From assembly GCA_032718475.1 (NCBI GenBank), contig JAUCBJ010007074.1, forward strand, positions 1-37,092: 37,092 nt of DNA, written 5' to 3'. Position 1 is the first letter of the stretch. Each line of letters starts with the position of its first letter. Below, in pieces: positions 21,500 through 33,110 of this stretch. A program made the translations under genes and the position numbers. Source of the DNA: Nemertoderma westbladi (taxonomy: Eukaryota > Animalia > Xenacoelomorpha). The notes under the pieces were generated by a model. It did not search any database, had not been told where the DNA came from, and was given only the letters and a program-made list of their open reading frames with translations.

Positions 21500-22991
21500 C
21501 ACGGTCGGGGTTATAGTTTGGTGTTTGGGCGCGATTTGTGCCGTTAATACTGCCATGTGCCTTTTGTACTGTATATACAAATTTAGTTTCAGTTAGATTT
21601 GCCTCGATTTAGCTTTAGTATCAGTTACCTGTTGGTTCTTTGGTTTGGTGTTTGGGCGCGTTTTGTGCCGTTAATACTGCCATGTGCCTTTTGTACTGTA
21701 TATACAAATTTAGTTTCAGTTAGATTTGCCTCGATTTAGCTTTAGTATCAGTTACCTGTTGGTTCTTTGGTTTGGTGTTTGGGCGCGTTTTGTGCCGTTA
21801 ATACTGCCATGTGCCTTTTGTACTGTATATACAAATTTAGTTTCAGTTAGATTTGCCTCGATTTAGCTTTAGTATCAGTTACCTGTTGGTTCTTTGGTTT
21901 GGTGTTTGGGCGCGTTTTGTGCCGTTAATACTGCCATGTGCCTTTTGTACTGTATATACAAATTTAGTTTCAGTTAGATTTGCCTCGATTTAGCTTTAGT
22001 ATCAGTTACCTGTTGGTTCTTTGGTTTGGTGTTTGGGCGCGTTTTGTGCCGTTAATACTGCCATGTGCCTTTTGTACTGTATATACAAATTTAGTTTCAG
22101 TTAGATTTGCCTCGATTTAGCTTTAGTATCAGTTACCTGTTGGTTCTTTGGTTTGGTGTTTGGGCGCGATTTGTGCCGTTAATACTGCCATGTGCCTTTT
22201 GTACTGTATATACAAATTTAGTTTCAGTTAGATTTGCCTCGATTTAGCTTTAGTATCAGTTACCTGTTGGTTCTTTGGTTTGGTGTTTGGGCGCGTTTTG
22301 TGCCGTTAATACTGCCATGTGCCTTTTGTACTGTATTTACAAATTTAGTTTCAGTTGGATTTGCCTCGATTTAGCTTTAACATAAGGCTCTCTGTTGTTA
22401 ATACTGCCCTATGCCATTTGTACTGTAAATAGTATTTCGTACTGTAGTTGTTATCTCGCATACATAAGGCTCTCTGTTGTTAATACTGCCCTATGCCATT
22501 TGTACTGTAAATGCATACATAAGGCTCTCTGTTGTTAATACTGCCCTATGCCATTTGTACTGTAAATGCATACATAAGGCTCTCTGTTGTCAATACTGCC
22601 CTATGCCATTTGTACTGTAAATGGTAACGCACGGCCCTGCCTGATCACGTCTCGGTGCCAGACTGATTGATTTGTTTCTATGACTAAGAGTTCAGTTGTT
22701 TATTTATGTTGTCAGCTCTACGGACCGGTGCTGCACGCTTCTTATAACCACATAGCAACCGTACTGCCGTAGGCGGAGTGTTGTTATTTGTACTGTACAT
22801 ATACATCGGTTTTATACATCGACTGGTAGTCTATTTCAGTATTTGTTAGTGTTTTCTGTTTGGCCTAACTGTAGTGCAGTAGTTTTTGTGCTGATGATGC
22901 CCCAAAGGGGAGAAATTAATCCACTGTTTACATAATTATACTGAAGTGTTTATTGGGCGATGAAACTCCTTGTTGTTTTAATAACTGTCAC
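21500..22991 (+). repeat. pseudo-LTR 3: about 6.8 x 127-bp units at 21516-22380, four 55-bp-family units, hammerhead
   Basis: The offset to pLTR2 is 4755 bp before the extra 55-bp unit and 4810 bp after it. It ends at ...AACTGTCAC directly before the TSD. Confidence 0.93.
22888..22924 (+). ncRNA. Minimal type I hammerhead ribozyme (copy 3)
   Basis: Identical to the other copies; the predicted cleavage site is 70 nt upstream of the element 3' end. Confidence 0.85.
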
Positions 22992-23003
22992 AACAGCAAA
23001 TGT

Positions 23004-23300
23004 GCCATTCTACATGGTTGATGTCGCAGTAGAGTTAGATTTACGCAACTACACCCACATCTACTCTGGTGGTACAAGGCCCACTATGGGCTATGCAGCT
23101 CATCTGTTGGGCCATCCTATGCTTCCCTACAGACTGGTGCTGGTCGCAGTGGAATGTACTCAGAAGAGAAATCTCTACTAGAGCACTCTACTACACCTCA
23201 GCAGCCATGGAATGCTGCCTGGTCGAGAAATATAGGCCTATCCAATACCCATGCTGCCGAGTATACTGTATGTGTCATTTTCCCAGGATCAAGGGCTTAC
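23004..23300 (-). mobile_element. Diverged fragment homologous to the RTE 5' UTR at about 5540-5810
   Basis: Shared blocks in the same order: TGTCGCA, CACCCAyATCTACTCTG, TGCAGCTCATCTG.TGGG.CAT, GGTCGCAGTG, CACTCTACT, TGCCTGGTC, CCAGGA.CAAGGGC. Confidence 0.7.
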
Positions 23301-23759
23301 TTACAGTAGAAGGATCAACTTAGACTTTGGGAAATAACAAGGTATTATAGAAAAATGTGGTTCAGATTAATAGCGAATTACTTTTGCGTTTTATGCTAGA
23401 TTGACTCGACTATTATTAACGGGGAAGCGACAATGACGGTCCACATTAGTGAAAGCAAGGCGTTTAATCTCCGCGATATATTTTTTTCGTAATCGTGTGT
23501 GGCTGCTCCTGCTGTGATCCTTGAATATAGTGTATGAATGGAATGAATAAAATGTATTAACAACGATGTTAACGATAATATTGTGTTACAAATAAGCAAA
23601 TTTTGGAAAAACAATTAAAGGGTAATCTACCTATAAATCCTACCTACAGTATAATAAGTAATCATACCTATAAAGATTGAAACAACAATATTATGATTGT
23701 AATACGGAAATTATAAGTAGAAGCATTTACTAACCATACAATTCTTATGCACATCCAGT

Positions 23760-23960
23760 CAGAGACTTGCTGAGGACTTTCAAAGTTAACTGTCAAAATT
23801 TTGGTCTTTTTGGAGTTAATAAAAAGACCAACACTAGAAGCAGCCTGTTATAATGAGCTGAGGAGTCGTTGGGCTCCCTCTAATGATTCTGAGAGTACTC
23901 CTAAGTCATCAGCAAAGTCTAGATCAGTTAGGTACTGTACTTGGCAGAAAGGGATACTGA
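23760..23960 (-). pseudogene. RTE-clade reverse transcriptase fragment
   Basis: Manual translation YLTDLDFADDLGVLSESLEGAQRLLSSL*QAASSVGLFINSKKTKIL, with an in-frame stop. Not in the ORF track. Confidence 0.85.
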
Positions 23961-24639
23961 ACTTGGGAGAAACGAAATTGCGACAACTATGGAGAATCAG
24001 GAAGCCTGTAAGGATCTCATTTCCACTGTCCGAGCTCGCTCGACCTAGTATTCCTATGGATAGTACTAGATTGTGACAACAGTCGAAAACAGGCGAAAAC
24101 AGTCAAAAACAAGCGAGAACAGTTGGAATTTAGGCACAACAGACGAAAACAGTTAGATCGTTTAAAAATAATCATCCATGCATCCAGGTAAAAGTAGATA
24201 TTGAAGTTAACTAGGTGTAATAAGAGATTTAAAATTTAGTGGCATTTATAATGTCGCTAACTTAAGATGACGTTCCACCCATAACAAATGTACTGTATAA
24301 TACTGTAGCACTGATTACCCGTTGCATGATTATGGATTACTCCAGTACTGCAGTAAGCCTACAGAGTAGAGTATTCAGTGAGTCTATTGTACCGGCACCC
24401 GTACCGGCACCGGTAGAAGAAGATGTTGAAGTACGAAGTTCCGGTATCTTCGCTTCCAGCGGTTTCCGCCATTATCAGAACAGTATAACAATCAATAAAG
24501 TGCATCTCTGCAATAATAATAAATTCAATACGGTACTACCAGGGCCTTCATAAAATAACAGGCCTGGACACAGAGCTGCCTTCAAAAAAATAAGAGGCCA
24601 AGTAGGAAGTGTTACTTCATTTCACTCTATGATCATGGG

Positions 24640-24945
24640 ACCAACACATATCAGTACTATATCGTGTATGGGGAATTTAATGGACACATTTTTAAGTCAC
24701 AGTTATCATAGCAACAGTGACTTTCTCCTTAGCAATGGGTAAACAAACAACTTTGTGGCCATTGGATCAACAGAAATCAGTACTATATCGTGTATGGGGA
24801 ATTTAATGGACACATTTTTAAGTCAGTTACCATAGCAACATAGATTTTCTCCTTAGCAACGGCTGAACTAACAAGTTTGGGGCTATGTGACCAACACCCA
24901 CCCCATTATATCGGGTATGACTTTCGCCCTAGCAACGGGTAAGTA
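24640..24945 (+). repeat. Subterminal about 126-bp direct repeats (two plus one degenerate) with RFX X-box-like motifs
   Basis: ATCAGTACTATATCGTGTATGGGGAATTTAATGGACAC at 24650 and 24776. GTTATCATAGCAAC at 24702-24715 and GTTACCATAGCAAC at 24826-24839. Confidence 0.8.
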
Positions 24946-25265
24946 AGGGCTCTTTTTCGTTATCTGTAAGCTATATACAGTAGCCTATACATCTATATCA
25001 TATATCTATCTATATATAAAGCCATTTCGTTATAAAGTAAGCTAACTTTTTATTGATGATACCATTAATATCTGATAATAATTTATTGATATTACGTGAA
25101 TGATTAATTAAACATTTACTTTATTTTCAAGAACTGAAATTAAAGATTGCGTTTCATAGATAAATTATACAAAAAGAATTAGTATTTCGATCATGTTTGT
25201 AAAATGTTGACGTAAATAGTTCCATCATCCAACACTTTTCAACTTTTTGAGTTTTTTGTCGTCAG

Positions 25266-28145
25266 CTATCTTATCTGCTTTTTCCGTTTTGTTGATTCGT
25301 TTGTGACGTTTTTTCTGAAATTATTGAGAAGAATATTAGACAGCCGGCGCTGCAACGATGTTCCCTCACCCATTTTGTGACCACTTTTACACTTTGACAT
25401 GCCGAGCAGCTGTCCAAATAATGCAACTAATAATTTCCGTGGAGCTTTACTGGACAGGAATTTATTTCGAGTACTTGCTCCAGTCATCAACAGCTTTAGG
25501 CTTGCGAGACATCGTGAAACATATAATACAAGCCACTTACAAGGAACAGTGAGTTTTCCTCTGTCAATCATCGTAGTATATTGAAATGACTTATCGAGGT
25601 AAATTGTTAAGTCATTGTCAGTTAGTTCAGCTTTGCAATCATCACATTTAATCTCATGTTTGATTCTGAAAGCTAACACTCCAGCCAAGTATATTACCAC
25701 CATTGCATCATTTTCGGATTCTTCCTCTAGTAGACAGTCAACTTGTGGGTTACCCAGTATTGTATTTATAATATCATAATCTTCACTGGTTAGACTGCTC
25801 TCACTACCATCACCTTTAAATTGATCCAGAAATGAGGAAAGAGTTAGATTGAAATTGCACTGATTCGATTGGAACAACTTTATGAGTGACTTCAGCTTTA
25901 GTTTTCGTTCAGAACAAATGATCTCGTACACACTGATGAGATAGGAGCACCCACTCATCCTCCGAAATAGAGCAAAAAGGTGTTCTATTGCATCGTTCTG
26001 AAAACGTCCAGGTAAAATATACTTGTATAGTATAGATCTTTCACCATACAATAGATGATGAGATATTTGTAAAATGACCTTTGTTGTGTTCTTGAACGAC
26101 TTTAGTGTATCCTTGGTCAAGAGTTGTCCATCATCTAATTGACATAACCAATTATAAAATCCGTTAAGAAATTCTACCTGTAATTTACTTTTGGTTGTTA
26201 GTGGCTGTTGTAATATATTATTTTTCTTAACCCCTATATTGGTGCTTCGAGTATTCATCACCATCCACCATTGAGCAAAAAGTAGTAGTCGCTTAGCAGT
26301 GCTTGTGTAACCATAAATAGTTAGGGCTGCTATCGTTGAAACATCAATGATAGCCAGTGCACGAGAAACAGATTGTCGTTGTAACTTGTTTGGATGAACA
26401 ACAGTATGGTTGAGCTTTACTGCTAATTTGACAATGTTGTTACTTTCATCATCGTGGACATAAGTAATTTCATTCCAGTCTGCAGTGATTGTGTTGGTAG
26501 ATACTTTGTCTTTAACTTTTTCTTTAAAAACACAGGTATTGTCAAATATTGTTCCTCTCGAATCATCGTCAGTTGAAATCACTTCAACATTGGCATCCAC
26601 ATCATTCGCTTCATGGTTCTCCAAATCATCAATGTTGAAGTTCCAATCTGATGTAGTTGGAAGTATATTTTTAATGTAAACCGTTGGTGTTGTTAGGAGC
26701 TTTGTAAATGGTGGGACAATTAACTCAATGGGATCAGGAAAAGTGACTAAACCTTTGTTTACAAAGTTATTGCGGAAGCATTTTATTTCATGCACTGGAT
26801 CTCCCATATTAAATAAAACTCTGCCAGTAATGATTTATTATCACAGCTCCTCCAATAGCCTCTGTGGCGCTATGACTCGTTCGATTACCATCCAGGATGA
26901 GAGCAATAGCATTCAGAGTACATACATGCAGTACTTTCAAACTTTCCATGATAGCATTCTTGAGAATATCTGTATTAAGGTTAACCACTGGTTTCATCAT
27001 CACCACTTCCTTTTCTTTACTGCGCAGAAAAACTACCTGCATGACCAAGAGTGTTTTTGCCAAATACTCACATACATCATTCTCACAAGGTATAGGGATT
27101 GGCCCTTCAGGTAATCCAAATAGTTTTCCTTCATTGTACATTAATTTGGCTTGTACATAAACTTCGTCAGAATACAGTCATAGTCACGAAGGTGAGAAAA
27201 TCTCGACGACCAGTAAGATTGAGCCTCTCCAATTCCACTAACTAATCTTCTAAGATGATGCTCACTAGGAAAATATAGTAACTCTGACAGTTCGCGATAA
27301 GCAGCAGCGGAAATTGCATGCAAAATCACAGAGAAACACAATAAGTCAGCTAGTTTACCAAAACGGCGACGATTTGGAGGAGTGCAGCTTAACTCAATTT
27401 GATCTGCGCAAAATCGAAATAACTTAATTTGCTTTTCATCAACTACCTTATCTGAAAGTCCCTGTAGGTCTTTCACAATGCTTTCTATTGTAGCATTATG
27501 TATTTCATTCCATTCGACTTCTTTGGCAAAGGTTAACACACTATTCAATTCACTATATCGAGAGATCTTCTCCCATTTTGTCAAGTGCCCCGGCAACGTA
27601 ATTTTCTTACCGTTAACGAAAACTTTCACCATGCCATTGCTGTCTAAACTGACTAAAGAACCAGCTTCGCTTTCACCATGCTCTCCGAAAAGATGAACGA
27701 CAATTTCATTATTTTGGATTAAGTTATAGAATAGCTTGTTTGGTTCAGATAGTTCGCCCTCAACGAATTGAGATGTGGACACTATTATGTCACTTGACAA
27801 AAACTCTCTGATCTCCGCATCTAGTCTTTCACCCTCATTTACAAGTCTTCTCTTCTCTGCAGTTGATGCAAATGAATTTGAGCTTGCTCCCACATTACCC
27901 TGGCACGAAAACGGTGTTGCATCTCTATGAAGGCGCATTCTTTGCCCTGTTCCAATCACATGACTTGGAATGAAATGGTTCTCACAAACTCCCATACTAT
28001 CAGTTAATGTCACTACACCATTTTCGCGTAGTGCCTCTTGCCACAACTTTCTCTTTTCGACGTTTTTTGGTGGAGCAAAAACAGTTCTCAATGCACTCCG
28101 CTGACTCCCACTTTCACAGTTATTGACACTGCAGTGTCTAACCAT
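25266..28145 (-). pseudogene. THAP-domain P-element-type transposase with two frameshifts
   Basis: THAP motif CSVNNC...F.PP...W...CENHF...L...ATP. DEVYVQ appears in the shifted frame near 27165, followed by LILDGN, DPVHEIKCFRNN, QRQSV, FQNDAIEHLFALFRRMSG and YLAG...CDDC...RGKLTVP. Confidence 0.92.
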
Positions 28146-29199
28146 AATTTCAAAATTTCACAACACACAACAAGTATTTAATAAAATATTAAATTATTTT
28201 TGTTCTATAACATAACTCCATTGGCAATTTGTGTATATCCTTTATGATTTTATTCTTGAAAACTTCCTACTTGGCCTCTTATTTTTTTGAGGGCAGCTCT
28301 GTGTCCAGGCCTGTTATTTTATGAAGGCCCTGGTACTACCCAACCGGTACGGATACAGTAACTACAACAGGTACCGGTACGGCAGTCAGGCAGTACGGGT
28401 ACTGATATGAGCAGTGTTATTATACATGAGTACTGTAGAACGTCATCTTAAGTTAGTGACATTATAAATGCCACTAAATTTTAAATCTATTATTACATCT
28501 AGTTAACTTCAATATCTACTTTCACCTGGATGATTATTTTTAAACGATCTAACTGTACCCGTCTGTTTTCCCTACATTCCAACTGTTTTCGCCTGTTTTC
28601 GACTGTTGTCAAGCTCTAGTACTATCCTATTCGTATTCACATCACAATTATAATAAAATGGTGTGATGATAGACTGCATTGATTGTCTTTTCAAGGCCCT
28701 CTAATTACAGCACAATAGACAATAGATTCCCGTTGTTATTACAGGGTGGAAAACTTGACGAAAATCCCCTCTCGACGAATTAATATTTCGCCTCAAAAAC
28801 AACAATAAACGAATGTCAATAAAATATAGTTTAATTTTTTAGATTAATCAACTGTTATTTGCGACGATTTTCCCCTAGAAGGTATAAATTTTTTATGCGT
28901 CGAAGTCCCCCTCCACATATCTACAAGTACTGTACTGTAAGCCTAAACTGCACTTCAGTATAGATCAGTACTGTAGTCCTTGATTACTATAGACCAGTAG
29001 AGCAATTCTGATAATAACGTAGTACAGTACGGTACTGCACGATAACAGAATCAAGGCATTATTCTCTACTGAATGTCTCAATCTATAATGGGCCTGCTGC
29101 ATTGCAGCTGCACATTGAGATGTTATGATGGCTTAGCAGAAAATTTGTGCCACCACCATACAATCTAGAATTTACTTGCTGTGATGCAGCGTGCATTAA

Positions 29200-29560
29200 T
29201 AATGCAATGCAGGCGTGTCGACAAAATTGCGCAGCCACAACTCCTTAACCCCCATCACTTTCGCGAGATTATCCGCATCTTCGAGGCCAGTGTGCATTGG
29301 GAGGCGTCTTAAGAAAGCCCACCTTGCTTATTTTCCCCATGAGGGTACCAAAACACAAGATTGTGCACGGCTGATCCTCACGTTGAAAACAATGTCCTTC
29401 AAAGCGGAGGAGACTTTGTTCAAGTGTCAAGCTTGGTAATAAACAAATGAGACACCTCTTCAAGTTTATATAGTGTCTGGTTGGAGATATGTGCATTTGC
29501 AGTGAATCCGACGTAGCATTCTTGTGAATGTTCCATCCAGGGATATGGTGTCCTCAGCAG
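29200..29560 (-). pseudogene. RTE-clade LINE 3' ORF fragment
   Basis: Manual translation across frameshifts: SLDGTFTRMLRRI...HISNQTLY...LRFEGHCFQREDQP, matching the RTE C-terminal LDG.YTRMLR / RLRFAGH pattern. Confidence 0.75.
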
Positions 29561-29569
29561 TTAGAGCCC

Positions 29570-29706
29570 AGCATAGGGGGCATTCTGCGTAGGAGGGGCA
29601 TGTGGTGTTATGTCAAAGTGCCCCAGGGGCATATGGCGCTGGGCGAAAATGCCCCACCAAAATGCATTCTTGTCTGGGGGGCATTCATACTCGCCTGTGA
29701 CACCGG
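29570..29706. mobile_element. Probable DNA transposon terminus with repeated GGGGCAT/ATGCCCC motifs
   Basis: About six direct and inverted GGGGCA motifs ending in TCGCCTGTGACACCGG. A similar ending TCGCCATAACACCGG occurs at about 2848-2862. Confidence 0.35.
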
Positions 29707-31059
29707 TACATGTCTCTTATGGTGGGGTGAAAGAGTTCCAAATAGTAGTTGGCCTTTAACCTAGGTAATAAGAAAATAATATCACCTATAATGGTTCTAA
29801 ATAATAATTCCTTAACCTAATAATGCAGATCGCGCGAGTTAGCGAATGCTCAGGAAGACCTCGAACTCGACGCGAGAGACAGATCTATAAGATCTCGAGC
29901 CGCACATGACCTGTCTGTCCTGGATCACTCGGAGACTCGATATCGCGGAATTCAGAACCGAATAGAGGAAGGAAGTGTAGGAGTGATAAAGTGAGGAGAG
30001 GAATTTGTTGAGGACAATTGTCAACGATTTCCCCAAGTTATTCCTATGCTCAAATCGACGACTCCAGTAAAGCCTATCATAGTTGCGAATCCGAAATAAA
30101 TATTGCCTGTACATGTAACTCAAAGTAACAGGTTTGTTATACCAGAATCAGTAACACAGCCACGAGCGACTTCATCGCCGATTTTAGCAGGTAAGGTAAG
30201 TAGTCCACCTACTATAAGCCGTAGTTTACTTGTAAAACGTGATTAACCTGCGTTATGACAATAAAACAGGTGTGTATACTGGTTCCAGTTAAACCTGTCA
30301 CGTGCTGCATTGATCCTGTTATTTATAGACCAACAGTACCTCCTAAATCCGACATCTTTACTAAACCACTCACTCAATGTGATCGAGACCTACGACTTCG
30401 TAGAAGGCTTGCGAGTCTACCGAACGACGAAGAACCGTAGATGTGGGTAGTACCCACAGGTTCGAACCAAGTTTACGGAGACCTACGACTTCGTGGAAGG
30501 CTCGCGAGCCTACCGAATGACTAAGAACCATAGATTCCAAACCAGAACGAAACTGACCGACTAGAGTAATACGCCGAATGCGAACCTGGCAGCCACCGTG
30601 TCCCGATGACAGCGATTCATCTAGCGATACGGAGTATATGGAAAGGGAGATATTCTGTACTGTATTCGACGAACCCATATATCGACAATCCTCCACGTGA
30701 AACACCCATGCAGAAACATACGTCGCAACCAGTAGAGGTGATCAGCGCTAGACAACTCACCGAGATGATGCGACCTGTATCAGACTGGTTGGCTCAAATT
30801 GAGGAGCGGCTCGAAGCGCCACCTTTGGATCGATCGCGAGCCAGCGCAGATTTGGAACAACCCCAACCTCAAGCATAGCGACCACCTTATAGGGAACCAG
30901 AAGTATTGCATACCCCAAATCCTGGAGGAGAAGATCCCGTCGATTACGACCCGTATCGATGAACTTCACGCGGACAGGACTGACTGAACACCATTGCCGG
31001 ACAGGGACGCGGACAGTTAGATGTTGTCAATGAGATCGCTAAGTTCGCGGCTAGACATG

Positions 31060-31898
31060 GATTACTGGCATAACAACCGCCGAAGTTCTCGGGCAATGTG
31101 AAACATTGGTGTACTTTGGTGGACTATGTCGAGTCCCAAATCGCCATATGTGCCTTCACCTCTATGGAAAAATTAAACTACCTACTTCAAGTACTCTCAG
31201 GTGAGCCGAAAAGGTTAGTGGAAACCATCATTGGAGTTCTGGACGCTTTCGTGGTAGTGTATGACTGTCTATTTTCTATATACGGCGGTAACGTAGCAAT
31301 GGCTAAATCCATTATAGAAGACCTCTGTAAAAGCCGACCGATCTCTAAACCCATAGATCTTCTTCGATTGGCAGATGAGGTGAAGAACACTATAGGAACA
31401 TTGTGGTCTATCAGTCAATTAGAGTACGCCAACGCCCCGATGGTTCTGATCAGAATTATTGGCAAGCTCCATCATCGACTGTGTCGAGAATGACGCAGAG
31501 TAGAGTATCAGCGCGAGGAGGCCAATGGATTACTAAAGTTGATGGATGTCTCCCAACTGATCTCACGAGAGGTGGTAGTTGAGACATGGTTGAACTACAT
31601 GGACCATCACATAGCAGCAGAATGGATTACTATTGCAGCACCAGTTCGGACCAAACAACTCCCGACAAATGCAAAGGCCGTGACCTATGCGACCCCAGCG
31701 GATACATCTAAGGTTTTGACACCCATTGGAGCTAAACAGTCGCGGCAAACAGTTCAAACAGTAGGTAAACAGTTCTGCAAAAGCAATGGTGGATGCTACG
31801 GTGGACACAAGTTGCATGGTTGTTGCGTTTTCAGGGATCTTAGAGTGGAGGAGAGGAGACTACAGATCCGTCCACTGGATTCTTGCTGGAGATACTGA
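31060..31898 (+). pseudogene. BEL/Pao gag remnant (DUF1759-like region and decayed zinc knuckles)
   Basis: ORFs 31098..31493 and 31539..31898 with CYGGHKLHGC..F......ERR......CWRY. Confidence 0.75.
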
Positions 31899-32269
31899 CT
31901 GTTGTTGTTGGACGTAACTGATTTAGATGAGACCATACAAACCTCTACTTTACAGCTACTTGCAGCGAAACAGGTTGTATCGACTACCAAAGACTAAAGG
32001 GTTGACACTGTGGATGTATCAACGACAAATGAGGATCTTGGAAGACTTGCGAGCCTACCGATAGATCCAAAGGTCGTCAAACCGCCTCACAGCGTTTCGA
32101 TGCCGACTAGTGACACTGGAAGGCTTGCGAGTCTACCATCCAAATTGTCACTGGCCACAGTATCAAATGACACCATAGACGAGGACCATGGTGCAGTGCA
32201 AGCAGCGCTTGACAAAGAAATGACTGAGAAAACCATTGAATGGTTGGAACAGGACAGGGCAAAACCAGG

Positions 32270-32913
32270 TAGATACGAGACTGCTATGTCAGAACAGGAG
32301 AAACAGTCTTTAAAGATTATGGAAGATACCATTCGCCAGACTGCGAATGGCCACTACGAGGTTAGGATGTTGTGGCGCCATGGACATTGGACAACCCAAG
32401 CTCATCAATAATTATCTGCTTACGTTAAAATGACTTAGGGCAATACGGCAGCGTTTATTACGTGATGAGACGGCCCATATGCAATACACCACGCAGTTTC
32501 AGACGTATCTCCAAAAGGGATACGCTATCAGGGTGACAAATCCTAAGGTAACCACAGACCAGATATATTACCTGCCACATCATTTCATGCAGCATCCAGA
32601 CAATCCTGGTAAAGTGCGCGTCATGAATGACTGCACCACCCTTTACCAAGGGATGTCTATGAATACCGAATTGATGGATGGGCCCGATATGAACAATTAC
32701 CTCATGGGGGTCCTGATGCGTTTTGGACAATGCAAGGTGGCCTTCACCTGTGACGTAGAAACTATGTTCCACCAGGTTCAAGCTTTGGAGCGGGACAGGG
32801 ACAGTTTGAGGTTCTTGTGGTACCTGGATGGAAATTTAAACCTTCCACCAGAAACCTACCAAATGCATGTTAGAGTTTTCGGGGCCAGGGGCAGCCCAAA
32901 CTGCACCATGTAA
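32270..32913 (+). pseudogene. BEL/Pao pol (RT) remnant
   Basis: MSEQEKQSL...GHYEVRMLWR, followed by ORF 32479..32913 with Pao RT motifs. Confidence 0.85.
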
Positions 32914-32915
32914 GA

Positions 32916-33110
32916 GAATTGATCACTCGTTTCCGATTTGATAAAGAAGTTATCAAATTCATTGCCGATATAGTAGCGCCCAATTTGGCCCGTATCACTG
33001 ATAGAAGCAGGCTGATACATGTTGAAGTCTCAGTAATGGTTGCGCTGTGATATCTGGCAACTGCAGCCAGGCAGCTGGATGTGGCTGATACTTTTAACAT
33101 CAGCCATCAA
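32916..33110 (+). pseudogene. PIF/Harbinger (HARBI1-like) transposase N-terminal fragment
   Basis: Manual translation ELITRFRFDKEVIKFIADIVAPNLARITDRSRLIHVEVSVMVAL*YLATAARQLDVADTFNISHQ. Confidence 0.75.

Larger units (their letters stand above)
9148..22991 (+). mobile_element. Tandem Penelope-like element (Neptune-like): pLTR-ORF-pLTR-ORF-pLTR
   Basis: 12-bp TSD AACAGCAAATGT at 9136-9147 and 22992-23003. Two near-identical RT plus GIY-YIG ORFs and three direct terminal repeats. Confidence 0.95.
24540..28332 (-). mobile_element. Full-length P-superfamily DNA transposon (3793 bp)
   Basis: 71-bp TIRs CAGGGCCTTCATAAAATAAC... at 24540-24610 and 28262-28332 (one mismatch). 7-bp TSD GTACTAC at 24533-24539 and 28333-28339. 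Confidence 0.93.
24058..28627. mobile_element. MITE or foldback element (about 770 bp without the nested P element) with about 200-bp TIRs
   Basis: 24058-24276 (GGATAGTACTAGA...AAGATGACGTTC) is the inverted copy of about 28438-28627. It is flanked by TAT on both sides (24055-24057, 28628-28630). GG termini and a 3-bp TSD suggest PIF/Harbinger, uncertain. Confidence 0.8.
29711..32913 (+). mobile_element. Decayed BEL/Pao LTR retrotransposon (putative 5' LTR 29711-30130, gag, partial RT), 3'-truncated
   Basis: TGT...AATAAA...TAACA LTR-like segment. Gag motif PKFSGNVKHW...EKLNYLLQVLSGEPK. Pao RT motifs YYLPHH, KVRVMND, GPDMNN, DVETMFHQV, LRFLW and VFGARGSP. Many stops. Confidence 0.85.

Noticed and set aside
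22960-23181. 73-aa ORF with a signal-peptide-like start
   Set aside because: It is a chimera of the pLTR3 end and flanking RTE-UTR-like DNA.
28740-28860. Inverted similarity to about 9000-9125 (ATATTAATTCGyCGAG.GGGG)
   Set aside because: The match is short and diverged, probably an old dispersed repeat, and its boundaries are unsupported.
23004-29560. Three RTE fragments as one interrupted element
   Set aside because: All are on the minus strand, but their order (5' UTR lowest, 3' end highest) is the reverse of a colinear minus-strand element, so they are treated as separate relics.
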